Shown: positions 18,707-27,726 of the stretch, piece by piece | How the letters are laid out: every line of letters begins with the position of its first letter | How positions within the stretch are numbered: the stretch's first letter is position 1 | From: a virus | Virus record (IMG/VR): IMGVR_UViG_3300016471_000517 | Location: 53,061-117,060 of that record | Strand: one strand, 5' to 3' | Length of the DNA stretch: 64,000 nucleotides | The notes under the pieces: model-generated | What the model saw: only the letters and a program-made list of their open reading frames with translations | Database searches by the model: none | What the model was told of the DNA's origin: nothing | Made by a program: the position numbers and the translations under genes

Positions 18707-19489
18707 TTATCTTCCGGGTGGAATATCTGATATATTATATTCTTGACTTTTTTTAGCTTTTTCTTCTGATTCTTTCTTTTCTTTTTTCCAATCTTCGTAT
18801 GCTTGTTTTATTTCTTTCTCTCTTTTTAATGCATAATAAGCATCTTTTTGTGTTTGAGTCATATCCTTTGTATCAAGATACTCTTCAACTTTTTCTGCAC
18901 CTTCCATCGCTCCCCAAACTGCAAGAGGACCAAGAGTTATAGCTAAATTTAATGGAGTAGTTAATGCAGCCAAACCTTGTGCTCCTCCTGTTGTAAAGGC
19001 TGGACCAACTTTTGCTCCTTGTGCTATGAGTTTGGGTGTGGTTGTTACTAACGGATATGTTAGATCAGTTGCGACGCCAGCTGTAGCCCAACCTCCCCAA
19101 TATTGACCCCACGGACTTTTTACACCCAAAGATTCCATTGCTTTCTCTCCGGCTTCTCCGAAAGGTGTAAGATTTGCAATAGCCATCTGTGCACCAAATC
19201 TTCCAATATGTGGGACTGCTTTTTTAATAGCAGAAGCTTTTGATAATTCTTGTATGGGTGATTCAAATGGAATTTTTGGTAATTCGGGAACAACCTCACC
19301 TGTAACAGAAACACTCGGTACTGGAGTTCTTGAACCTGGAACCGCATTCCATTTTGGATCTGGTTCAATTCTTCCAAGAATATCTTTATCAGATTCAAAA
19401 CCAGAAGTATCAAAAGGACCTTTTTTGGTAGTCTTTACCAAAGCTTCCTTTAAAAAATGTTCTAATACTGGATTTAATCTTCTTATCAT
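18707..19489 (-). CDS. hypothetical protein with Gly/Ala-rich hydrophobic segments
   Basis: 260 aa; N-terminus resembles that of 17723..18703. Confidence 0.7.
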   Translation of the reverse strand: MIRRLNPVLEHFLKEALVKTTKKGPFDTSGFESDKDILGRIEPDPKWNAVPGSRTPVPSVSVTGEVVPELPKIPFESPIQELSKASAIKKAVPHIGRFGAQMAIANLTPFGEAGEKAMESLGVKSPWGQYWGGWATAGVATDLTYPLVTTTPKLIAQGAKVGPAFTTGGAQGLAALTTPLNLAITLGPLAVWGAMEGAEKVEEYLDTKDMTQTQKDAYYALKREKEIKQAYEDWKKEKKESEEKAKKSQEYNISDIPPGR

Positions 19490-19490
19490 G

Positions 19491-20264
19491 TTAGACTCTA
19501 AAGCTTGATTTTTTCTTTGTATTACCAGTTAATACGGAAACTTGTGTTCCATCTGGATTTGTCACGACCTGACTATCTGGCGGAGCATTTCTATCTTTTC
19601 TTGGTTTTAAAATATTTCCAGTCAATTTGCTAATTGCTTGTTCTTTAGTCATTCCTTGATACATACGCTCGTCTGTATCCATAGCTGGTGACGGTGTTAG
19701 TTTTGGTTCATTTGGTTCGCTAACTGTTGTCTTTATTCCTTGTACAACATTAGTTCTTGGAAGTTGACCAAAATTTAAATTCAAAGATCTAAAAGAAGAA
19801 CTTAAATCTAATGGCGATTGACTAGAAGTAGCTGTGTTTAATGTTGATGAAGTGCTATCTGGATTTATAGTTGCTGTTTCAAGTTCATATTGTCCTCTTT
19901 TTTTTGAAAGAGTGCTAGAACCGGGTCCCATAGTACCGGACATCAATTGTTCATTTAAATTAAAAATATTTGTCGTATAGTTAGCAGAGTTTCCTTTTGA
20001 GAAAGGTTTTTCTGCATTCATTCTATCACTGTAATTGTTTAAAAGATTTGATGTTTTGTCTTTTACTTCGCTACTCATTTTTGAATAGCCCAACAAAGCC
20101 TTTCTTTTTTCCATTTCGGAAATTGGTTTGGCAACATTCATGACACTTTTTATGTCTTTTAAAAGGTTTGGCTTATTTACAGGCTTTTTAGACTCATTCA
20201 AGGTTTTTCCGACAAAGAAATCCTTGACTTCCCAATAAAATTGTCTATTTTGTTTATTATCCAT
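19491..20264 (-). CDS. hypothetical late protein
   Basis: 257 aa; CTAAATA upstream. Confidence 0.7.
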   Translation of the reverse strand: MDNKQNRQFYWEVKDFFVGKTLNESKKPVNKPNLLKDIKSVMNVAKPISEMEKRKALLGYSKMSSEVKDKTSNLLNNYSDRMNAEKPFSKGNSANYTTNIFNLNEQLMSGTMGPGSSTLSKKRGQYELETATINPDSTSSTLNTATSSQSPLDLSSSFRSLNLNFGQLPRTNVVQGIKTTVSEPNEPKLTPSPAMDTDERMYQGMTKEQAISKLTGNILKPRKDRNAPPDSQVVTNPDGTQVSVLTGNTKKKSSFRV

Positions 20265-20304
20265 GGCTGTAAAATATTTAGAATTTCATAAATACTTAAA
20301 AGGT

Positions 20305-20802
20305 ATGAAAAAGCAAGTACTCTTGCTCAACCAAGACAACACACCACTCAATATTATCACTGTCGGTAAAGCTTTTAAGTTAATGTCGAATGATAAAGTT
20401 TGGGGTGACGAAACTACGACAGAATATTATGAAGTGGCATCTGTTTCAAAAATTGTAAAAATACCTAAAATTTTAATCTTAAAATACTATGTAAAATTGC
20501 CTTTCAGAAGGGCAGCACCCTCAAGAAAAAACATATTGAGAAGAGATCAATATGAATGTCAATATTGTGGTGTAGACCTTTGTGATAAGACTGCTACGGT
20601 AGATCACATAATTCCAAAATGCAGAGGTGGTGGGTCTACTTGGGTGAACTTGGTTGCTGCATGCAAAGATTGCAATTTACATAAAGGAAACAGAACACCC
20701 AAAGAAGCTAAAATGGATCTTAAAAATAAACCAAAAGAACCTTCTTATGGATTCTTTTTTGATCACATGCTAATTACTTTTAGAAAGAAAAAAAATGCCT
20801 AA
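20305..20802 (+). CDS. HNH endonuclease (McrA-like)
   Basis: VLLLN, SRKNILRRDQYECQYCG, TVDHIIP..GG..WVNLVAACKDCN..KG; CATAAATA at 20287. Confidence 0.9.
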   Translation: MKKQVLLLNQDNTPLNIITVGKAFKLMSNDKVWGDETTTEYYEVASVSKIVKIPKILILKYYVKLPFRRAAPSRKNILRRDQYECQYCGVDLCDKTATVDHIIPKCRGGGSTWVNLVAACKDCNLHKGNRTPKEAKMDLKNKPKEPSYGFFFDHMLITFRKKKNA

Positions 20803-21094
20803 TTATTCATTTGTATGTGAATGCTGCAACCACGAATTTGATGAAATTTTACCAATGAAAGATTCCGATCTTCCATTGAAAAAACCATGCCCAAAATGCA
20901 AAAAGAAAAAAGTTATCAAAAATTGGGGCCAGTATAAGACTGGGATTGCTTACGACACCACTTTAACGCCCTCCAAACTGCACGGAAGCGCTTGGGATGA
21001 GGTGATGGCCAAGGTTAAGAAGGCCGCTCCTAGGAGCATGCAAGACCGCCTAGAACAAACCCGTACAATGAACGGTGGAAGATACGTAAGATAA
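20795..21094 (+). CDS. FmdB-family zinc-ribbon protein
   Basis: MPNYSFVCECCNHEF...CPKC. Confidence 0.85.
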   Translation: MPNYSFVCECCNHEFDEILPMKDSDLPLKKPCPKCKKKKVIKNWGQYKTGIAYDTTLTPSKLHGSAWDEVMAKVKKAAPRSMQDRLEQTRTMNGGRYVR

Positions 21095-21102
21095 ATATTT
21101 TT

Positions 21103-21399
21103 ATGGAATACGAAATTCAAAAGGTAATATTTAAAAATTGCACCGTTTATAATATTTTACACGAATCCAATATTTTGGGTCATGTTATTCAACATGAAAA
21201 TTCAAATGTTTTGATTCAAAGTGATGAATTGCCAATAATTCCTTTGGCAGAATCTTTTGGTTTCCAAGGTCATTTTTATCTTGCCACAGAAACTGGTTAT
21301 GAATCAGTAAATTTGAATTCAACTTCAGAATTTAAACCAATTTACGAATTCAAGGTAATTAACCTTGAGAATTACCTTTTGACTGAATCAGAGCTTTAA
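21103..21399 (+). CDS. hypothetical protein
   Basis: 98-aa ORF; GATAAATA upstream. Confidence 0.6.
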   Translation: MEYEIQKVIFKNCTVYNILHESNILGHVIQHENSNVLIQSDELPIIPLAESFGFQGHFYLATETGYESVNLNSTSEFKPIYEFKVINLENYLLTESEL

Positions 21400-21919
21400 G
21401 AATATAAAAGCTATCTACAATATCAGTCACAGGATTAGATAGAGTCTTTTGATCAAACGCCAATAACAAATTGGTGTTTGTTTCTTTTGAAAAATACTCA
21501 TACATCAATGCTTTGTCTGCATTTCCTTTTCCAGTTGCCATCTTTTTTGCTTTTGAAGGTTCTATGATTGTTAGTGGAACTGCAGCTTTGTAAAGTTTGT
21601 GTTTAAATATTCCCATGTTCTCGGCAAGATTAAAAACTTTTCCTTTAGAACCAAAAGAATAACCTTCAACTGCAACATCAGACGCACCGACACAAAGATT
21701 AATGGCCCAATCAGAAATTGTGTCAAACCTATCAACATCGGCCACATATTCTTGAAAACTTTCACCGGTTATGTTTGGCAAAATTTTATCTGCGTATTTT
21801 TTAGTATTTGTCAGATAATAGAAAAAGCAGTTTTCAAATTTAAACGGCTTTCTCTCATCATAAAGACAGAGGCATGGGCATGTTATTGAATAATCTACAC
21901 CTATTAACATGTGGAACAT
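21359..21919 (-). CDS. RuvC-like (RNase H fold) resolvase/nuclease
   Basis: IGVDYSIT, VAVEGYS, KKMATGKGNADK, DIVDSF. Confidence 0.8.
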   Translation of the reverse strand: MFHMLIGVDYSITCPCLCLYDERKPFKFENCFFYYLTNTKKYADKILPNITGESFQEYVADVDRFDTISDWAINLCVGASDVAVEGYSFGSKGKVFNLAENMGIFKHKLYKAAVPLTIIEPSKAKKMATGKGNADKALMYEYFSKETNTNLLLAFDQKTLSNPVTDIVDSFYILKALIQSKGNSQG

Positions 21920-21935
21920 AGATATTTATGCCTTG

Positions 21936-22024
21936 GCCAGCGGCGGTGATTCCTGAGCATTACGATGAGCGTTTACTTCGATTGGCCCAAAAGGAATGCG
22001 CGGAACAACCCCACCGCCGCTGAC
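21936..22024 (-). ncRNA. candidate structured small RNA
   Basis: GC-rich intergenic stretch closed by a 13-bp stem (one G-U on minus strand) plus inner AUUCCU/AGGAAU stem, starting 6 nt after TATAAATA. Confidence 0.6.
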
Positions 22025-22030
22025 TAAAAA

Positions 22031-22038
22031 TATTTATA
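22031..22038 (-). promoter_or_regulatory. T4-type late promoter TATAAATA
   Basis: Exact consensus, no adjacent start codon. Confidence 0.75.
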
Positions 22039-22041
22039 AAA

Positions 22042-23763
22042 TTATGCCATTTTTATTTGTTTTAGTCTATCTGTAACACTAGACCCTTTATTTTTCTTGG
22101 CAATAGTATCCCAAAAAGCTTTTCCTTTTGGATCCGCCAACATGTCAATAATTTGCATAGTTCTGCCACTAGTGTCTCGGAAAAAACCTTTTTTCCATTT
22201 TTCAATAATTTCTTTTGACAGACGAGCGGCTTCTTCCGCCGGCATATTAACATCTACGTGAGGGTATCCCTTTGAATACATCCATTCTTTTGCATCACTA
22301 ATCTGACTTGGTAGTTCTCTATTTGATAGATAATCTTGAGTATCTTTAACAGATTTGTCAGCGATATTTATAATGTTTTGTCTCACTCTAGGAAAAATTT
22401 GTGGATCTGTTATATCCGAAATATTTTGCTCTCTATGAACTTTTTGTAAAATAGAGTGAGTTTTTGGTTTTAAATCCTTTGGTGTCTGGGATTTTACAAT
22501 ATCCATCACAGTTCCAGCCGGTACACCCCATGACTGGTCCATATTTCCAAGATCCGCTTCTAATCCAGTTATATTTGTTTGTGGAACAACATCACCAAAT
22601 ACTTGTCTTAACTTTGGATTAGTGTTTGATTCTATGTCCAGTAGTTTTTTAAATTTTTGTGATGAATTTGGGCTATTCTGTGCTTGAAGTGCAAGTTCTC
22701 CAAATTTAAATTGTGGATCTGTTGCGGCAATCCCGTGACCTGCCTCATGTGCCAATGTAGCTATTGTAATATTTTTTGGATCAGTTGATATATTTAAATT
22801 GATAGGAACTGAAGTTTGATTACCCAAATCTCTACCTTTATTTGCATTTGCATAAGCCGCTACCATGCTTGGAGGCATAATAGGTGAAAACTGTGCTTCT
22901 GGTTTTGACCTAAAAATTGCTGGATTAGTTCCTAGATAAATGTCAATTGGTCTCTCTAGAGCATCTTTTGAATAAGATGGAAACATGTACGAAGATACAT
23001 TATTTGGGTTAAATGATGGGTCTACTAATCGTCTTTGCCCACGTGTTGCGAGTTTGGCATATTTCTCTGCATTTTTGCCGTATATGCCTTGTAAAAGTTC
23101 TCCCCAAGAAAGAGTTGCTTGTGGATTATCTATGTCTGGAACCACTGCTCCAAGTAATTCAAAATCTTCTACTTGTTTAATATTTGGATTACTTATTGTT
23201 GTCATGAGTATTCTATTAAATGGATCTTTTGAAGCCCTAGAGATTTTTTCCAATCCCTCTGGATTGTTTTGCCAATCTTTTGCTTGAGATCTCATCATAT
23301 CAGCAACATCTCTTGCTTTTTTGCCAGCCAAATTGCCAGCCAAATTTTTTCCAGTATTTGCAATTCTTCCAACGGCTGGAATCATTCCGAATAGAGGAAC
23401 GGTGGAAGCTAAAGATGCCTTTACACCTTCTTTATCTCCTTGGGCAGCATACAAGGCAGCATCAGCCAAATCTGCTAGTTCCCCGACAACTGGGACCATT
23501 CCTGCCGCAGCCAAACCGCTATGGTATGTGTCTGGATCCGTAAATAAAGATTTACCATATTCTTTTGCAAACATCATAGGATCTGAAGCAATACCCTGAC
23601 CTACTTCAGTAGCGTAATCTTTTATTTCGGAACCAATTTTTTGAGATGCTTGTTGAAGTCTTTTGCCAAGCACTCCTAAAGGTGCCTTTAATCTGGAAGA
23701 GCTGGCGTATGATCTACCACCATCATCCAAACCTTCAATCAAAAATTGTTTAAATCTCAGCAT
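22042..23763 (-). CDS. putative capsid-targeted protein with pre-toxin-like domain and HEXXH metallopeptidase motif
   Basis: MLRFKQFLIE leader; AAGMVPVVGELADLADAALYAAQGD...VPLFG; TLAHEAGHG. Confidence 0.65.
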   Translation of the reverse strand: MLRFKQFLIEGLDDGGRSYASSSRLKAPLGVLGKRLQQASQKIGSEIKDYATEVGQGIASDPMMFAKEYGKSLFTDPDTYHSGLAAAGMVPVVGELADLADAALYAAQGDKEGVKASLASTVPLFGMIPAVGRIANTGKNLAGNLAGKKARDVADMMRSQAKDWQNNPEGLEKISRASKDPFNRILMTTISNPNIKQVEDFELLGAVVPDIDNPQATLSWGELLQGIYGKNAEKYAKLATRGQRRLVDPSFNPNNVSSYMFPSYSKDALERPIDIYLGTNPAIFRSKPEAQFSPIMPPSMVAAYANANKGRDLGNQTSVPINLNISTDPKNITIATLAHEAGHGIAATDPQFKFGELALQAQNSPNSSQKFKKLLDIESNTNPKLRQVFGDVVPQTNITGLEADLGNMDQSWGVPAGTVMDIVKSQTPKDLKPKTHSILQKVHREQNISDITDPQIFPRVRQNIINIADKSVKDTQDYLSNRELPSQISDAKEWMYSKGYPHVDVNMPAEEAARLSKEIIEKWKKGFFRDTSGRTMQIIDMLADPKGKAFWDTIAKKNKGSSVTDRLKQIKMA

Positions 23764-23768
23764 ACCAA

Positions 23769-23776
23769 TATTTATA
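23769..23776 (-). promoter_or_regulatory. T4-type late promoter TATAAATA
   Basis: Exact consensus 5 nt before ATG. Confidence 0.75.
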
Positions 23777-23804
23777 AACCCCCAGGATTACTCCTAGGGG
23801 GTTA
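23777..23804 (-). terminator. intrinsic terminator after tRNA-Asn
   Basis: AACCCCCAGGA...TCCTAGGGGGTT imperfect hairpin. Confidence 0.65.
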
Positions 23805-23812
23805 TTTTTATG

Positions 23813-23886
23813 CTCCTCGGGTTGGAATCGAACCAACGACATCAAAATTAACAGTTTTGCGCTGCTACCAACTGAGCTACAGAGGA
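23813..23886 (-). tRNA. tRNA-Asn(GTT), CCA not encoded
   Basis: TAGCTCAGTTGGTAG D-arm, CAAAA-CTGTTAA-TTTTG anticodon arm, GTTCGATT; one acceptor-stem mismatch. Confidence 0.9.
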
Positions 23887-23894
23887 GTGAAGAA

Positions 23895-25784
23895 TTATAC
23901 TATCTGGCAACCACCAGCACCGCAGGCAAATTCCTTTGCCGACTCAGTATTGTCTTCTGCCTCATATTTAGAGAGCTCCTTGAAGTTAACTTTAACCTTC
24001 GGATGCGCTGCATATGTTGCAGAATCAATTTGCTCAAATGGAGCCTGAGCGTATGTGTGATTGTCACCACCGGGAAGGAACGAGATGCCTGTTGCGACAT
24101 CGAAGTTCTCCCAGAGCCAGTTACCGACCTCAAGGAACTCGGAGTCCTTGTAGTTGACGGTGATTGATGGCTTGTGATGGCAGTAATGTTCCTGATAAGT
24201 CTTCCACAGATCCAAGTGATCCAATGCACGGAGATCTTCCGTTGTAGTTGTACCCTTTGGAGCCTTCATAGCAAATGTGAAGACCGCTGTATTATTAGGA
24301 TTGATCACATCATCTTCGCAAGGAACGCCTTGATCCTTCATGAGATTGTAAATTGGATCCTTCTTGTCAATACGAATTCTACGATAATAATGTTCCGCAT
24401 AACGTGGGTGAAGACCTGATGCTGAATCAACCAAGCACGAAGTCGTTCCCTCTGGCTTTACGCATGTGATGGACTTGCTTGGATTTATACCAAGCTTCTC
24501 TGCCCACTTCATGTTTGTTGCCGTTGCATGATCGCGGAGTGTTTCGAGCAGACGTACCAACTTTGGCTTGCCTTCGAGCCCACTGGTCAACTTGTTGTCA
24601 TAGATTCCAGTCATGCTGACACCAAGTAGACGCTCCTCTTCGCAGTTCTTCTTCCATTCGGGACGAAGATATGGGAAGTCAACAAATGTTGATTGAACTG
24701 TGCCGATGATGGTGGCGATCTCAATCTTCTTCTTTAGCGAAGCAGCGGTGTCATCGGGACGAACAACTACAGTTGAGAGATTGCAGAACTCAAATGGCTT
24801 CAGAATAATCTCTGAACATGGATTTGTTCCATACTCACAGGTTTCATCACGACCCCATTTGGCTGCTTGTTCTTGCAGAGCGTTTCTGTTGATCATACCA
24901 CGCTCACCGCTGTGGCTGTTGTATAGAGAAGTCCATTCCTCAAGGAACTGGCCCATCGGAGGACGACCACGATAGACAGCAGAGTTGTTGGCGTATGAAC
25001 GGAAACCAGCCTGCTCCCACCAAGCACCGCTCTTGCAGAGAGCCATCTCACGATCCGAAAGATCACTGAGAGAGATCATGGCAGAGCGACGAACACCACC
25101 TACGATGACTGCGTTTGCGATTGCGCAGCAGATATCGTGACACTCAAGAGCGGTGAGTCTGCGTCCTTGTGCATTGTAGAACACCTTGACAATAAACTTG
25201 AAGAGATTGTCAAGAGGAGCGGGACCACTTGCACGACCACCAAAGGTCTTCAGTCTTGCACCCGCTGGTCGAATCTTCGACAGATCCCACTTAACGTGGC
25301 GACCAGCATAAAGATGATCCATCAAGAATCTAACTGAGTTGCCCCAACCTTCCTTGGAGTCTTCAACAACATAAGTGATGTTGAAGGCTTTTTCAATCTT
25401 GTTTGCAACTTGTGGAAGTTTATCTGTGTATTGGTGCTCAACAGAATAACCAACACCAGTACCGTTCATGAGAATTACAAAAAGTTCTGCAAACGAATCA
25501 AGGCTGTCAATTGGCAAGTACGAGCAATTGTACAAGCAAGTGTTGTCATGATCTAATGCAGGTCCAGCGGTCATCAGACTGCGCATGGAAGGAAGAACCT
25601 CAAGATTGAGGATTGCTTCTTTTACGTCAGGACGCTCTGCAAGTTGCGGAACTTTGCCAGTAAAATAATTCCACCAACGGTCTACACATTCATCCCAGGT
25701 TTCTCTGCGGTTCTTTTCGGGAATCCAGCGAGAATAACGCGAAATGAAAATAAACGATTGAAATGGTGACAAATTTTCTGCCAT
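23895..25784 (-). CDS. nrdJ: class II (adenosylcobalamin) ribonucleotide reductase
   Basis: PSMR, YNCSY, GTNPCSEI, TCVKPEGT, C-terminal CGAGGC; no beta subunit. Confidence 0.92.
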   Translation of the reverse strand: MAENLSPFQSFIFISRYSRWIPEKNRRETWDECVDRWWNYFTGKVPQLAERPDVKEAILNLEVLPSMRSLMTAGPALDHDNTCLYNCSYLPIDSLDSFAELFVILMNGTGVGYSVEHQYTDKLPQVANKIEKAFNITYVVEDSKEGWGNSVRFLMDHLYAGRHVKWDLSKIRPAGARLKTFGGRASGPAPLDNLFKFIVKVFYNAQGRRLTALECHDICCAIANAVIVGGVRRSAMISLSDLSDREMALCKSGAWWEQAGFRSYANNSAVYRGRPPMGQFLEEWTSLYNSHSGERGMINRNALQEQAAKWGRDETCEYGTNPCSEIILKPFEFCNLSTVVVRPDDTAASLKKKIEIATIIGTVQSTFVDFPYLRPEWKKNCEEERLLGVSMTGIYDNKLTSGLEGKPKLVRLLETLRDHATATNMKWAEKLGINPSKSITCVKPEGTTSCLVDSASGLHPRYAEHYYRRIRIDKKDPIYNLMKDQGVPCEDDVINPNNTAVFTFAMKAPKGTTTTEDLRALDHLDLWKTYQEHYCHHKPSITVNYKDSEFLEVGNWLWENFDVATGISFLPGGDNHTYAQAPFEQIDSATYAAHPKVKVNFKELSKYEAEDNTESAKEFACGAGGCQIV

Positions 25785-25810
25785 AATAGGCTACTCCTTG
25801 GTTGGTGTCT

Positions 25811-26542
25811 TTATTTAGTTGTTAGAGTTTTCCACGAAACTGGGAAAAGTGGAGCAACAATTTTATCTATTGCTTCAGCATATTTTTGAATTTCCCATTG
25901 TGCGTGGCTATCGATTCTCAGGTTATAAACGCGGGCAAATGCGTAGAGAGAACCAGTCCACACAAATTCCGTATAAGTTCCTTGGGGAAGAATAGATCTT
26001 GCCTGTTCTGGTGCAACACCATCAACCAACAGACGATTGTAAAGATCAATACATTCCTTTGCAATTCCTTCATATTCTTGTCTCAGTTTGATGCAAAGAT
26101 CCATATCTTCAATTGCACCAGAACTTCCTTGTTTTGCTCCGTTCGTTGGGGCACTGCGCCACAGAGGAATATAAACCTCTGGTTCAAACGTGACATATCT
26201 GCGGCTAACTTCATTCATGACAAGACCGATTTGATGCTTGCCAAGTTGTGCACGAACAAAGATTGGACACTTTATTCTCAAACTAATTTGAGCGTGACAA
26301 AATGGAGTGAAGTGATTATGCTTTGCAAGATAATTAATAAGTTTAGCATCACGGTCAGACAATTTCTTTTCACGATAGCCTGTCCAATTATGCTCGCTAT
26401 CCCAATCACTTTCCTTGTTAAAGGAAACGCGGGCAGCATTGACAACACTGAGATCGGAACCCATGTAGTCAACCAGCTGAACGTGACCGTGATCCAGAAC
26501 TTTAATATTAGTCTGATCCACGTTTTGTTTGGTCTCTGTCAT
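25811..26542 (-). CDS. thyX: FAD-dependent thymidylate synthase
   Basis: VVNAARVSF, HFTPF, NEVSRRY, PEQARSILP, HAQWEI. Confidence 0.95.
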   Translation of the reverse strand: MTETKQNVDQTNIKVLDHGHVQLVDYMGSDLSVVNAARVSFNKESDWDSEHNWTGYREKKLSDRDAKLINYLAKHNHFTPFCHAQISLRIKCPIFVRAQLGKHQIGLVMNEVSRRYVTFEPEVYIPLWRSAPTNGAKQGSSGAIEDMDLCIKLRQEYEGIAKECIDLYNRLLVDGVAPEQARSILPQGTYTEFVWTGSLYAFARVYNLRIDSHAQWEIQKYAEAIDKIVAPLFPVSWKTLTTK

Positions 26543-26741
26543 CTGTGTCCTCTTCATCATCTATAAGTTCAATTGTAACACCATCAATCTTGGTAAAGTC
26601 TTGGGCATACTCTCTTGCTTTATGCCAAAGTTCTCTATCCATTTCCTTGATGTATTCCGAAAATCTATGAACAAACATTAAATATGCTTCGCTGCCTTTT
26701 TCTAGATCTTCGTCGGACATGTCTTCATTATTGTTATTCAT
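26508..26741 (-). CDS. small acidic hypothetical protein
   Basis: ORF between primase and thyX. Confidence 0.65.
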   Translation of the reverse strand: MNNNNEDMSDEDLEKGSEAYLMFVHRFSEYIKEMDRELWHKAREYAQDFTKIDGVTIELIDDEEDTDDRDQTKRGSD

Positions 26742-26742
26742 A

Positions 26743-27726
26743 TTAATTTTTCTTCCAGTAAGTATACTTCATTTTTGCTTTAAGTCCAGAATAAACATTA
26801 TTGATAATCAGCTTCATGGTTGTTTTTTCTCCATATGCGATAACCATGTCATTGATGTCCTTCTTGTCTATTTCAGATGGCCAGATTACTACGTTTCTTC
26901 CGGCATCTATGTATCTACCCAACAATGCAGAAATTTCTGCGTTTCTAGGTTCATTGTCAAATATGAACACTACTTTTGATTTTGCAATTTTTGCAGGCAA
27001 TTCTTCAAGCCATCCTGCACCCTGCATCGCTGTGCAGTTTGGGATAAACATTGAATCAATAGGTCCTTCAGTAACATATACCGTTGACCTGGGATCTATT
27101 TTATCTAGGTTGTACCAGAGCCTTTCTTGCCCTTCTTTTTTGAGCGTGATGTACCGGATTGCTTTTTCGTCATCGATTGCTCTTCCTTGTACCCCAACAA
27201 GTGCGCCCATCTCGTCGTAGAACGGTATGACGAGTCTGGCTTCCTTATGTCCAGTTCTGTCAAAGTCGGCCATGATCTTGCCGAAATCAGGGCTGTAATA
27301 AAAGTTGCTATACTTTTCTTTCGGAATTTGTCTAGACTGAACATATTTTATAGCCTTATGATCTGAATTGAGTAAGTCAAGCCTTGTTCCGAGGTTAGTG
27401 AAAGATGGCTGCTTGACTTCTTTCTTTTCTGTAACCACTGGTTCTGGAGTTTTTTCCTTAAACATTTCGAACGAGTATTCTTTGCATAGTGTCGGGCTAA
27501 CAGACTCAAGAACCCCATATAGATTAGAAGAAAAACCGCAATTGTGGCATTTGTATACATAATGTCCTTTATGCTCAAAGAAATATCCCCTTGTCTTGGA
27601 CTTATTTCTCTTTGAGTCGCCACATTTAAAACATCTGCATGTGGCTAGAGTTTCTTTCTTCCACTTAAATTTTTCAAGTGAACCAGAAACAAGATTTACA
27701 AACTTCTTGTCAATATATAGAGTCAT
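26743..27726 (-). CDS. gp61: DNA primase (T4 gp61-like)
   Basis: CRCFKCGDS..KTRGY..CHNCG zinc finger; EGPIDS, DNEPRN, KDINDM. Confidence 0.95.
   Translation of the reverse strand: MTLYIDKKFVNLVSGSLEKFKWKKETLATCRCFKCGDSKRNKSKTRGYFFEHKGHYVYKCHNCGFSSNLYGVLESVSPTLCKEYSFEMFKEKTPEPVVTEKKEVKQPSFTNLGTRLDLLNSDHKAIKYVQSRQIPKEKYSNFYYSPDFGKIMADFDRTGHKEARLVIPFYDEMGALVGVQGRAIDDEKAIRYITLKKEGQERLWYNLDKIDPRSTVYVTEGPIDSMFIPNCTAMQGAGWLEELPAKIAKSKVVFIFDNEPRNAEISALLGRYIDAGRNVVIWPSEIDKKDINDMVIAYGEKTTMKLIINNVYSGLKAKMKYTYWKKN

Noticed and set aside
21936-22024. tRNA-Sec, SRP RNA or a simple terminator
   Set aside because: No T-loop or anticodon arm and no SRP GGAA/GCAG motif; the 60-nt interior is too large for a terminator hairpin.
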